Below are positions 28,751-40,537 of a stretch of 48,274 bases of DNA, one piece after another. The stretch spans positions 1 to 48,274 of the forward strand of contig CALSCO010000683.1 of assembly GCA_943704415.1 (NCBI GenBank). Direction: 5' to 3'. The notes under the pieces are model-generated. The model saw only the letters and a list, made by a program, of their open reading frames with translations. It had not been told where the DNA came from and made no database searches. A program made the position numbers and the translations under genes. The first letter of the stretch is position 1, and each line of letters opens with the position of its first letter. This DNA is from Parvularia atlantis. Lineage: Eukaryota.

Positions 28751-29967
28751 ATGCGCCGCACAACGCGACGCGCCGCCGCCGCCGCCGCCGCGAGCTCGTC
28801 GGACGTCGAGACTGAGCCGGCACGGCCGGCTACGCGGCGACGCGCAGGCAACGCGGCCGCAAACTCGTCGGACGTTGAGGTGGAGCCAGCACAACCGACA
28901 CAGCGGCACCCGGACGCAAAGCCAGACACCGAGCCATCGAGCACACTCGACGGCCCGCTGCGACAGGCGCTGGCGGACGAGCTCGCGCTGCTGCAGTGCG
29001 GCGGCGTGCGCTCGCGGCTCGCAGTAGAGTGCTCACGCGCGCGGGCTATCGCAGTGCCAACCGCGAGGTGGTGCAGAGCAAGCCCTCCGCCGCGTACCGG
29101 CAGCCAGCTGCGCGCGACCCGGCCGCGTTCGGCTCGCTGCGCTCCGGACTGGAGACCTTGCCGCTGTACATCACATTCAACGAGCAAGGAGGCACGCGCG
29201 ACACGCAACTGCTCGGTCGCGCTGACGGCCTCGCGCGCTCGCGCGCAGGCGCCGAGTTTGCGATCGATGCGGCCGACGACGGTGACACGGAGCTGGCCAA
29301 GGACGCGCCGTCAATGCTCATGAAGCGGTCCGTCGTCACGCCCGACCTTGAGCGCCATCTGGTCGCGCCGCGCCCTGGGCGGCCTCGGCCGGACGAGGAG
29401 GGCGCCGCGAACGACAAGGTGCGCGCGGGCACGGTGAGAACACTCTTCGTCCGCTGACGACGAGGACGCGCAGAGCGGGCCGAGCGCGGGCCCCGAGTGG
29501 TTCAACATGCGCGCCCCGAAGATGACCGACGAGATCAAGCGCGACCTGCAGCTGATCAAGCTGCGCAACGTCATCGACCCCAAGCGCTTCTACAAGAAGG
29601 ACAACAGCCGGACGCTGCCGAAAGTGTTCCAGGTGCGCCGGCGCCGACACGACGCGGCAGCTCGCCCACTCGCGCGCTGCGCCAGATGGGCACGGTGGTG
29701 GAGGGTGCGGCGGACTTTTACGCGGCGCGCGTGCCAAAGCGCCAGCGCAAGGCGCACATCATGGACGAGCTGCTGGCGGATGACAAGACCAAGCAGTGCG
29801 TCTGCGCCGGCGGCATGCGCCCGCGTGCATCCTCACACTCGCGCCTGGCCGCGCACAGGTACCTCAAGCGCCGCTTCGCCGCCGTGCAGCAGCGTGGCGG
29901 GCTGCAAAAGGCGCGCCAGGGCGGGCGGCCGGCGGGCAAGAAGGCGCGCGGCGGGCGCAGCGGATGA
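28751..29967 (+). CDS. FCF2: Fcf2/DNTTIP2 pre-rRNA processing protein
   Basis: AGPEWFNMRAPKMTDEIKRDLQLIKLRNVIDPKRFYKK...PKVFQMGTVVEGAADFY...IMDELLAD; the start codon is less certain. Confidence 0.88.
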
Positions 29968-30017
29968 TGTGCCCTCATGCATGTGTGTTGTACAGAAGAA
30001 GACGGCGGCGGCATTCG

Positions 30018-30919
30018 CTACTCGCTCAGCTTGGGCGGTCGGTTGGGCGCGTTGACGGTCATGCCCCGGACCAGCCACGACATGGCCTCGCGTGCGCCGT
30101 CCCTGCCCGCGCGGCCCGCTCAGCCGCAGCGGCGCAGGCCGCATGGGTCGCGCGCGCACCCTTTCAGAGCCACCAGCGGCTGCACGCGGCAGTCATGCTC
30201 CTCCAGGCCGGACGTGTCGGCGATGAACTTCTCAAGGATGCGCTCGACGCCGACGGCCTGCTTGCTGTCCTGCTTGTTGGCGAGGACGAGGATCGGCACG
30301 GTTCGCACGGCGCTGTGGGCCACGACGTTCACTGCCGCGGCACGCACGCGTGTATGCATGTGGTAAGCGCATCGTCCCACGCCCACACTCGCGGCGCGGC
30401 GCGCACTGAACGCGCGGATGGACGTCTCGAGGCGGTCGACGTCGGTCGAGTCGATCACAAACACGATGCCGTGGCACTCGTCGTAATACTGCACGCGCCG
30501 CGCTCAGGACGGGTGCGGGCCCCGCGCGCAGCCCGTCGCCGCACCTTCTCCCATATCCCGTGCAGCTCAAGCTGCCCGCCGAGGTCCCAGATGCTGAGCT
30601 TGATGCCGTCGACGTTGATTCGCCCGACTGTGCGCGTGCGTGTGAGTGCGTGCTGTTGCCGGCGCACGCGCGCGCCGCCGACGAGCACGCACTGTTGAGC
30701 CCTACGGTCGGTACGATCTGGTGCGGCGGCCGCGGCACAATGCCCGCGTAGACCGACTTGAGGCTCTCGAGCAGAGTCTGTGGCGCGTGTGGGCGGGCGG
30801 CCCCGCGTCGCATCACGCGCGCGCACCGTCTTGCCGGCGTTGTCGAGCCCGAGCAGCAGCACGCTGTACTCCTCCTTGCGCGTGGCCTGCTTGTACGCGC
30901 CGTACAGGAGCGTGTACAT
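30018..30919 (-). CDS. ARFRP1: ARF-related protein 1 (ARFRP1/Arl3p)
   Basis: MYTLLYGAYK...EEYSVLLLGLDNAGKT, IVPTVGLN, WDLGGQ and LANKQD; the MY- N-terminus without a myristoylation Gly is typical of ARFRP1. Confidence 0.92.
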
Positions 30920-31025
30920 GGACGCGCGTGCGCGTGTGCGCACTCACGGCCGTGACGGCGCAGACAAAAGCGTGACACAAAAGACATCGACATCGCGCGA
31001 CGGCGGTCGGGGCGGATGTGCACGC

Positions 31026-31826
31026 TCACTCGCTGCGGCGCGGCGCAAAAGAGTCGGAAACCCAGCAGCCGCGAACGAAATGGACGCACCTGTGCATGAT
31101 CGGGCCGCCGGCCTGGCCACGGACGCTGCCGAACTTGAGGACTGAGAGTGCGCATGAGCCGCAGAGGGAGCAGGCCGCGCCAGGGGACGTACTGGTCTTG
31201 ACCGCGCGCTTGGACTTGTGCTCCTCGCTGTCGGCCTCCTTCTGTGCCGCGTCCTCGCGCACGCGCTCGAGGCGGATGCGCTCAAGATGCGCAATCTCCT
31301 GCTCAACCGCGATCTGCTTCTGCGCAAGCACCTGCGCCTTCTGCATGAGCTGCTCCTCGTGCTCTGCCCGCACGGCCTCGTTGTCACGCTCGATCGTCTT
31401 GCGCACTGCGTTCGGGCCGCGGTCAGTGCTCGCAGCCGCGCACCGCCGCAGGAAGAGCACACCGAGGGCGACGCGCAGCTCGATCAGCTCGCGCTCCTTA
31501 CTGCGGCGCGCCTCGCGCGAGCGCTTGAGCTCGTCACGCATGCGCGCAACCATCTCTGCGCCGCGATTGAGCGACGCAGCGTTCGGCAGGGCAGACGGCG
31601 AACCGTTCGCGGGGGCGACGGCGGCCGCGCTCTGCTCGGCCTGCGCCTGCTCGGCCACCGACAGCTTGCTTTGCTCGTGCTTCATGTTGCGGCGCTGGCG
31701 CTGCATGTCCGTCAGCTCGGCCGTGACGGCCGCCTGGTTCTGCTCGCGGGGCTAGGTTGGACGGTCTCGTGAGCCGCTAGCGCCCGTTTTCTCGCCCCTT
31801 CCGCGCCCGCGACGCACGTTTGACAT
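31026..31826 (-). CDS. Hypothetical coiled-coil protein
   Basis: Consistent GT-AG spliced model MSN|PREQNQAAV...ELIELRVAL|VRKTIERD...KFGSVRGQAGGPIMHSE*; E/K/R/Q-rich heptads; no family recognised. Confidence 0.6.
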
Positions 31827-32005
31827 GACGGCGGCCATGCTGCAAGAGAAGCGCAGGGACGACTGTTCACGCGCGCGGACACGTGCTCCTGCGCGCCGGG
31901 CCGAGCGCGGTCAGCGGCGCTGATAGCGCGGAATGAGGCGGGCACGTTCGGCTAGCGCGAGCCAATCGTATGCATTGCGTCGTTTCCTGTGCGCGGCATC
32001 ACAGC

Positions 32006-33573
32006 ATGGCGGAGCTCGGAACTCTCGACGGCCCAGATGCGTGGCTCGGCAAGGACCTGCAGGCGCGGCCGGAGCGCTGGGTGCACCGCCTGACCGAGGC
32101 CGAGGCGCGTGCGCGTGCCTGGCATTGCCCCCCGCCGGGCCATGTGCGCTGAGCGCTTGCTTGCCGCGCGGACAGATCGGCGCGATTGACGCAGCGATGG
32201 CGCACGTCGAGCAGCGCGGCCTGGCCGTGCACGACGTCACCAAAGCCGACTTCCCGCTGGGCGACGACTTTGGCGCGACGATGGCGCGCATCGCCGAGGA
32301 CGTCGTCAACGGCATCGGCTTTGTGCTCATCAAGGGCCTGCCTGTGCACCGGTGCGCCCGCCGCCCCAATTCTCACGCGCTCGCAGCTCACGCCGACGCC
32401 CGCGCACACAGCTACACGCGCGAGCAGAAGTTCCTCGCGTACTGGGGCATCGGCGCGCACATCGGCGTGGGCGTGCCACAGAACGCAAAGGGCCACCTGA
32501 TCGGCCACGTGTACGACCTCGGGCTGGTGCGCCCCGTGCCACGCGTGAGCCCCGCCCGGCCACTCAGCGGCATGCGCCCCGTGCCTCTCGCCCGCCTGCT
32601 CGCAACAGGACCCAAACAACCCCGTCACGCGCAAGTACGCCACCAACGCGCGCCAGATCCCGCACACCGACTCGACCGACGTCGTCGGACTGCTGTGCCT
32701 AGCCACGGCGCGCGAGGGCGGCCTGTCGTCGATCGCCTCGTCCGTCACGATCTACAACGAGATGCTCAAGCTGCGCCCGGACCTGGCGCACCTGCTCAGC
32801 CAGCCGTGGTACATCGACCGCAAGAACGAGTGCGTGCGGGCGCGGTGTCGCGGTGTCGCGGCCGGCTCGCTCACGCGCGCTTCCCTCAAGGGTGCCGCCC
32901 GGCAAGCTTCCGTACTACCAGATGCCGGTCTTCCACCACTACGCCGGCCGCCTGAGGCACGTGCGCGAGCACCTGTCAACTGGCCTGTCGCTGACGAGGG
33001 CCGCCGCCGCGCAGCACAATCTTCGCGCGCGACTTTATCGACGCGGCGCAGCGCTTCCCCGAGGTGCCACGGCAGACACAGCAGGAGAAGGAGGCGTTGG
33101 ACCTGATGATCGAGCTGGCCTCGCGCGACGACATCCAGCTAAGCATGGAGCTCGAGGGTGCAGCGCGGCTGCGTGAGGCCGCGGTTGCAGCGCGGCTGAG
33201 CCGCCCCCGATCGCGCGCAGTGGGCGATATCCAGTTCCTGCACAACCACCAGCTGCTCCACGCGCGCACGGCATACCAGGCACGTGTGTCCCTGACGCGC
33301 ACGTGGTGTAGTAGGCCAAACCGCGCCGCGCAACAGGACTGGGACGACCCCGCCAAGAAGCGCCACCTGCTGCGCCTCTGGCTCGCCCCGCCCAACGGCC
33401 GCCCGCTGCCCGAGGTCTTCGCCGAGCGCTACGGCTCGGTCGAGATCGGCAACCGCGGCGGTGCGTGCGCCCTGCGCACTGGGTCTGCCGCTGCTCACCC
33501 GCGGCTAGGCATCCGTGTCGCCGGCGTCCAGCCCTACATCCCCTTCGAGCCCGACTACGGCTCCATGATGTGA
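32006..33573 (+). CDS. TauD/TfdA (clavaminate synthase-like) Fe(II)/2OG dioxygenase
   Basis: QNAKGHLIGHV, HTD facial-triad motif (PHTDSTDVVGLLC), GDIQFLHNHQLLHART and RHLLRLWL. Confidence 0.9.
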
Positions 33574-33593
33574 CCCGACGCCGCGATAACGTA

Positions 33594-35129
33594 CTACTTT
33601 GCAGTGAAACCCGTGCTGCTCTCGTCACTGCCGCGCTGGATGTAGTGCCGGTTGCGCTGCACGCGCTCGGCCATGCTTGCGGCGTCGTCGGCCGTGTACG
33701 CCTTGCGCTTGACATCGCTGGGCAGCGTGCGCGTGCACATCGTCAGCAACGCGAGAGCTGCCGCGGCCGTGTCCGCACCGCAGAAACTCGGCGTCGGCGT
33801 CGCTGTGCCGCTTGGACGCCGTCAAGCGCTGCGCCTCAGCCTCCTCGCGCTGCATGTCCTCCTCGAGCTGGCGCTGGCGCTCGGCGGCGTGCCACGTCGC
33901 GCCAGCCCGCATCGCCGCCAGCCGCGCCTCGCGCTCCTCGGCGGTCAGCGCGGGCTTCCGCGCCACGGGCTCGCGCTGGCTGTGATGGCCGTTGGCTTGC
34001 CCGTTGGCGTGTCCGTTGAGGACTGGACGGTCGTGCTCGCGGTCACGGCTGCTGTGCGGGCGCTCGTGGTCACGGCTGCTGTGCGAGCGCTCGTGGTCAC
34101 GGCTGCGGTCGCGCTCTCGGCTGTGGTCGCGCTCTCGTCCCCGGTCGACCTCGCGCTCACGCCCGCGGTCGACATCGCGGTCGCGTCCACGATCAGCCTC
34201 GCGCTCACGCCCGCGGTCAAACTCGCGCTCACGCCCGTGCTCCACCTTGCGCTCGCCTCCCCTCGCAACGTCGTCATCAGAAGCGCTGCTCGACTCGTTG
34301 TCGCTGCCGCCCGACTGCGCACGCTTGGCCGCCTTCTTCTTCTCCTTCTTCTCCTTCTTCTTGGCCTTCTTCTCGCGGCGCTGCTTCTCGCTCAGCTGCG
34401 CAGCGTCATTGCCAGAGCGATCAGCACACGACAGTTCACACAATCTACGGCGCACCTCGCGCAGCTGCTTCATGCGGATCGGGTTGTCGAGGATCTCCTT
34501 TAGCGACATCTGCTCGCGGCGCTTGATCTGCAGCATCGGATCCTCGCGGACCTTGTTCATCGCGTCGCGGTCCTTGCGGTCGCCGCCGGCGGTCGCGAGC
34601 GACTCGGGCACGACGGCGAGCTTGCGAGGTGCGCGCGTCATCGTCGTCAACACGGGGCGGCCGCGCAAGCAGCCTGGACGCACCCCCGTCGCGCTGCTGC
34701 CCGCGCCCTCGGGCTGGTCCACGCGGCGCTTGCCCAGCAGGTACTCCTCTTGAATCTCGGACGGGTTCTGCACTGACGTCGCGTACATCCAGTCGAGCCG
34801 GTCTGAGCGTTTCCTGCCGCGCCCGGCGTCAGCACCCCGCCCCACGCTCACTCACGCGCACACGCCGCACGCACTTGACCTGGCCGGACTTTTCCAGGCT
34901 CTGCTGCATCTCGGCCAGCTGCCGCTCCTCGGCCAGCTCACGCTGCAGCTGCGCGAGCTTCTTCTTCTCATCCTCGGCTTTCTGCTCGGCCTTCCACACG
35001 CGCTCGAGGTTGCTGAACGTCTGCGTGTGCCAGCTCTTCTTGAGGTTCTGCGGCGCGGCGCGGCGTGGCGCGGCCGTCAGCGCGCAACGCGGGCCAACGC
35101 GGCGAACGCACCAGGTCGCCGCCACCCAT
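33594..35129 (-). CDS. CWC25: Pre-mRNA splicing factor Cwc25
   Basis: MGGGDL|NLKKSWH, RLDWMY, EEYLLGK and KVREDPMLQIK; R/D/E-rich low-complexity C-terminal half. Confidence 0.95.
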
Positions 35130-35300
35130 GATGGCGTTCAACTCTAAAGGGTAAATACAAAAAACATACCAACCCGCCGCCGTCACGCATTCCCCGCCAT
35201 GATGGCAAGAGTGGCTGTCCACCCACGCACTTACGCCATGATGGGATATGCATACGTACGCGCACGCGCGCGGTGCAAGGCCTACTCAACTCGAAACTCC

Positions 35301-36978
35301 ATGCGCTCCACTCGAGCCGCCGCGCTGTGCGCGCTGTGCCTGGGCGCCCTCGCACTTGCGCCCGATGCGCGCGCCATGGCCGTGTTCTACCGCAACGAGC
35401 ATGCGCCGAGCGCCGTGGCGATGGAGCTGTTCCTCGGCGACGCCCCGCTCGGCGTCGACGTCACGCTCGCCCGCTGCGCCGTCGCGGGCTGGTGGTGGGC
35501 CGCCCTGCCCGAGCTGCCCGCGGTCTCGGCCGCGCGCTTCCGCTACATCGACGGCGCCGGCACGCTCATCTACGACAAGAGCGCGGACGTGCACCGCCCG
35601 CTCGACTGCACGTCCAACACAACCGACAACCTTTACCCGGTCGATCGCCGCGTCGCCGCCAACCATGCGCTGTACGTCTACCACTACGGCGGCTCGGGCT
35701 CGCTGCCGTGTCGCAACGGTGACGTGAGCGTCTCGCACGGTGTGCTTTCCCGCGCACGCACGCGCGTCCGGGCGCGTGTTCCTGACGCGCGGATCGGTGC
35801 TGGGTGATCGCCGCAGTCATCAACCGCCACACGTCGCAGTTCCTCGGCTGCGCCGCCCCGACCGCCTTCTACTACCGGTGCGCCCGGCCGCCCCGGCTGC
35901 GCCTACTCCGTCGTGCTTATCGCGACGCGCGTGCAGCAACCCGGCCATGCACGCTGACGCGAGTGTCGCCGCCGTGCGCCTCGACCTGTACTCGGCCTCG
36001 TCCGCCCCGCTCGGCTCGTTTACTCTCAGCCGCTGCACCGCGTTCGACGAGTACTTTGTCGGCCACGTGCTGCCGCCCGCGAGCCCGCCGGATGTGCGCG
36101 TCGCCGTGACGGCCCTGGACGGGTCGAACGTGCGTGTGCGCAATTTATGCGCCCGTTCTCACGCGGCCCGTCGGCGACAACAGGGCGTGCTGCACATCGA
36201 CGCGGCGTCGTGCTCAAGCCTCCAGCCGTACTCGGGGGTGCGTCTCTGCCGCTCCGGCGCCACGCGCGCCGTGTCTTGACGCCCGCCAAACGCAGATCGA
36301 CTTCACGCGCCCAGGCAACCTGCTCAACTCGGACGCGGGCTGCGGTGCAAGCGCCGTGACGCAGTTCGAGGGGCAGTTCACGTCCAGCCTCGATGAGTGT
36401 GCGAGCGCGTCGTCGCTCGCCGGCGCGCAGACGCAGTTCTACTACCGGTGCGCGCACAAGGGGGAATATTTCGCAGATGGCGGCGGGTGAGGATTGACAC
36501 GCGGTGCAGCCACAAAAACTGGTGGGCGTCGAACAACGTGCTGTCAGTCGTCGTGCGCGTCACGCACCCTCTGCGCGGCACCACCGACATCGTCCTGAAC
36601 AAGTGCCCGACGAGCGGCTACTTCACCGCGCGCCTTAGCTTTCCCGGCGCGCCCTCGTCCGACGTGACGCTGCTGCCCATTGCATACCGCGGCGCCGATG
36701 GTGCGTCCCTTGCGCGGCTGCGGCGCACAGCTGACCTGCGCGGGAGCGCAGACACCGGCACTGTCTATGCCACCGACTACGCCAGCTGTAGCGGCCGCGA
36801 CCCGTATCGCAACGTGCGCGCTTTCCGCCGCCGCGACGACCGCCGACTGAGCAGACGCGTACAGGTCATCCGCTTCGCGTCGCTCACGAACCTGCTGAAG
36901 AGCAGCAGCGACGAACAAGACGAGGATGATGACGACGGCGAAGACGACCAGAGCACGCTGCCGCTGCCCACGGAGACG

Positions 36979-37011
<33 letters not shown>

Positions 37012-40000
37012 AACGGCAACGGCAACGGCAACGGCGGAAACAACGGCAACGGCAACGGTAACAACGGCAACAACGGCAACGGCAACAACGGCAACGGGAA
37101 CGGTCGCGGCGGCAACGGCAACGGAACCAACAACACGTGCGGCAGCAAGGCCTCGCAGCCGCTTTGTGCGTTCGGGCAGGATTTTGAACAGGCGCTGACT
37201 CGCCGCTCGCGCAGCTTCGTCGTTTGACAGCAGCTGCGCCGCCGTCATGACCACGCGTATCCAGTACATGTGCGTTCGCAGCCGGCCGCACGGTCGCTGA
37301 CCTGTGCGACGCACACCAGGAACCCTGCATGGACGGTGACGCTGCCTGCGCTCGCTGAGGTGGCCGTCTGGACGTACTCGAGCGACGGCAAGGTCGTCTA
37401 CGCCACGGCACTGCAACGTATCGGGCCGGCGTGCTGGTCCGGGCCCGTCACGGCCGCCACATCCACGCCCGCCAAACAAGCGGTGCGCTGGCGCAGATCG
37501 GTGGCCGCAGTGCGCTCACCTGCTGGCCGTCGCAGGCGGTTCTTGTGGCGTACGACGCCGCTGGCAACGTCCTCGCGTACGACACGCCCACCTGCCAGAG
37601 CACGCCATCACCCGGCCGGACCTACGTGGTGCGTATTCTGCTCTGCCAGCGCACTGATGCACGAGGGTTGACGTCGCTTGTTGCACGACAGTTCAACTTC
37701 ACCCGCACGCTGACTGTGCTAGACTCTGCGAACGGCCGCGGCTGCGGCGGCAGCGTCTCGAGCGGTGCGCTGCGAGCGCCACACGGCCGCTGGCGGCAAT
37801 GCTCAGGCTGCTGCGCCGCGCAGACGTGGTCGTCTCCTGCCCCCTGTTTGACGACGTCATCTGGCCCACGCAGGCGCCCAGCGACGGCCCAACGGGCGCG
37901 CCCAGCACCGTCCCAACGACCTCGCCAAGCGGCGTCATCCCCACGCCCAGCAACGCGCCAACAGACGCGCCAACGGACGCGCCTACTGAGTCGCCGACCG
38001 ACGCGCCGACCGAGCAGCCGACCGACGAGCCGACCGACGAGCCGACCGAGACCCCGACCGACGAGCCGGCCGAAACCCCGAGGCCGTCGCCAACCAGCGA
38101 TGGCGCGCTCTCGTCCGCCCAGGTCGCGGCGATCGCCAGCACGACCGTGGGCATCGTGCTGCTCGTGATGCTCGCGCTGCTCGTGATGCTCATGGTCAAG
38201 CGGCGGCGGCTGACCACGTCGGTGATCGACATGTCCGAGCTCGGGACCGGCGCGGCACCGCACGACAGCCCTGCGCGACTGTACGAGGCGGCGCGCACGC
38301 AGGCGATGGCCCAGGGCGTTCCGCTTCTGGCCTACCGCGACGCGCGCGGGTGTGGCCTGCTGCACTACGCCGCCATGGTCGGCGACAGCGCGACGATTCA
38401 AAGGCTGCTCGGACCGAACTCGACCATCTACGTCGACCAAACCCCGCGGATGCTGCACGTAGCCATCGACGCGTCCGACACCCAGGGCAACACGGCGCTG
38501 CTGTGGGCAGCGCAGGCGGGGCACGTCGCGGTCCGTGAGCGCAGGTGGCTGCTTGTTTGCTGCGCTGACCGTGCTCTCGCACCCGTGCACAGGCTGCCAG
38601 CGTCCTGCTCTCGTACGGCGCCAACGTGTCTTCGTGCAACGCGCGCGGCGAAACCGCTCTGCATCTTGCCTGCCGTCAGGGCCACAACCAGGTGCGCTGG
38701 CGCACTTTTTTTCTTGTCTGTGTGCCGCTGCTCAGTGCCGCGCTGCCGCCGCAGATGGCCATCTTCCTGGCGCAAAACGGCGCGCTGGTCAACGCGCGCG
38801 ACAGCGAGGGCCGCACGCCGCTGTACAGCGCGTGCCTCGCGAGGGCGTCGGCCGTGCCCGTGCTGAACTTCCTCGTGCGCGGCGGCGCCGACGCCAACCT
38901 GCCCGACAACACCAACACGACGCCGCTGATGGCCGCGACCATGAACGGCAACGACGCCGTCTTCAACTTTCTCTTCACGCAGGGCGTGCAGGTCGACGAC
39001 GCCAATCTGCACGCGGGCAACACCGCGCTGCACTGGGCCGCGGCCACAAACAACAAGAACGCGCTGCACCAGCTGCTCTCCGTAGCCTCGCCCATCCCCA
39101 TCACGCGGCCCCTGCGACCGACCGCCGCGCTCGCGCTGCGCCAGATTCTCGAGCTCAATGGCCAGAACAAGCGCGGCGAGACGGCCCTATTCCTCGCAGC
39201 GCGCGAGGGCCACGAGCGCGCTGTGCAGATGCTCCTGCAGTCCAAGGCCGACGCCTCAATCCCCGACAACCAGGGCCGGACACCGCTCGACGTCGCACTC
39301 GCCAATCAGGTGCGGCGCTCGCGCATCCGCCTGTGCCGCTCGCTGCTCACAGATGCACACGTGACCACGCGCACAGCAGCAGAAGGTCGTGGCCATCCTG
39401 CGCGCGGCCACGCGATCCATGCCGCCCCCACCGGAGCAGCCCCGCGACTTTGGCAGCCGCACCTCGTCCGTGTCGAGCATGCGACCGCTCCTGTCGTCGT
39501 CGCCCGCCCGTGCCGACAACGCCAGCCTGCGAGCGCTCGCGTCGTCTTCCTACGAGCCGTGGCCCGCCCCGCCGCCCGCCGTGACCGACGTCGTGCGCCA
39601 AGGCAGCAGCTGGCTGCAGCTGCCGGCGCAGTGGACGACCGTGGCGACGAGAGCGCTGAGCATGCAGGCCGCGCCTGTGCCTCCGGCCTTGGCCCCACCG
39701 CGTCCCAAACAGCAGCAGCAGCAGCAGCAGCAGATGCAGCAGCAGCAGCAGCAAATGCAGCAACATCAGCAGCAGCAGCCGGTCTGGACCCCGCAGCGCT
39801 GGCTCAGCACGCTTGCGCCGCCTGCGATGACAGCCAGGTTACACCATAGCGCCGGCGACGCCGCCGGCGACGAGAGCCGAGCGCCGCTCCTGAACAAGAC
39901 GTCGACGCCGACGTCGCCGACAGAGTGCATTTGCGGGCGCGCAGCGTGGTGCCGCGCTCACACGTGTCTTGCGCCCAGCCCGCGCGCGACGTCGTCCTCC

Positions 40001-40444
40001 GAGTCGGCCACCGTCGCCTCCGAGGACCGCACGCTCTCGCCGTACAGGTACGCGCGTCTTGCCCTCGTTCTGCGCATCGCCTGATGCGCCCGCCACAGCC
40101 AACACTCGTCATCGCTGTCGCCCGGCGTCGGCGTGTCGCCGTCCGGCAGGTGCGCCGCGGCTGTGTGCGTGTGTGTGTGCCGGCATCGCTCACGCAATGC
40201 GCGCGCGCAGGAACCCGTCCGAGCTGTTTGTGGGCCACGTGCACGCCGACATCGACATGTTTGAGGGCTTGCACGTGCTCGACACGCAGGTGCGCCCGCC
40301 GCACTGGTTTCGGCCGGCCCCAACGAGTCGCAGCAGGCGCCGCCGGCACCGCAGCCCGAGCAGACCGAGCAGACCAGCGACGAGCTTGCAAACGTCTTCC
40401 TTAACAACGCCAACGACTCCCTGTTTGACAACGACTTCAGCTGA
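35301..40444 (+). CDS. Single-pass receptor-like protein with novel repeat ectodomain and Notch-like intracellular ankyrin domain
   Basis: Signal peptide; 4 Cys-containing ~110-120-aa repeats; acidic and NG tract; Pro/Thr stalk; TM GIVLLVMLALLVMLMV followed by KRRR; about 8 ankyrin repeats; polyQ; Ser/Pro/acidic tail. All exons join in frame through GT-AG introns. Confidence 0.82.
36978..37134 (+). repeat. (AAC GGC)n / AAC microsatellite-like tract encoding an Asn-Gly linker
   Basis: Direct reading: NGNGNGNGNGNNGNGNGNGGNNG... Confidence 0.92.
39709..39778 (+). repeat. CAG-rich polyglutamine tract
   Basis: QQQQQQQQQMQQQQQQMQQHQQQQ in frame downstream of the ankyrin repeats. Confidence 0.92.
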
Positions 40445-40537
40445 TACGCGGCGCGCGCTAATTAGGCCTATTGATCTTGTACATTATTGGCAGCGCCGCC
40501 GGGCTCGCAACGCACACACGCGCGCACTCACTCGCCT

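Noticed and set aside
34030..34245. 24- and 27-bp tandem repeats in CWC25
   Set aside because: They encode ordinary RD/RE/RS-type low-complexity sequence common in splicing factors.
35301..40444. Calling the receptor a bona fide Notch
   Set aside because: No EGF, LNR or NOD domains and no RAM motif at the canonical position; reported only as Notch-like.
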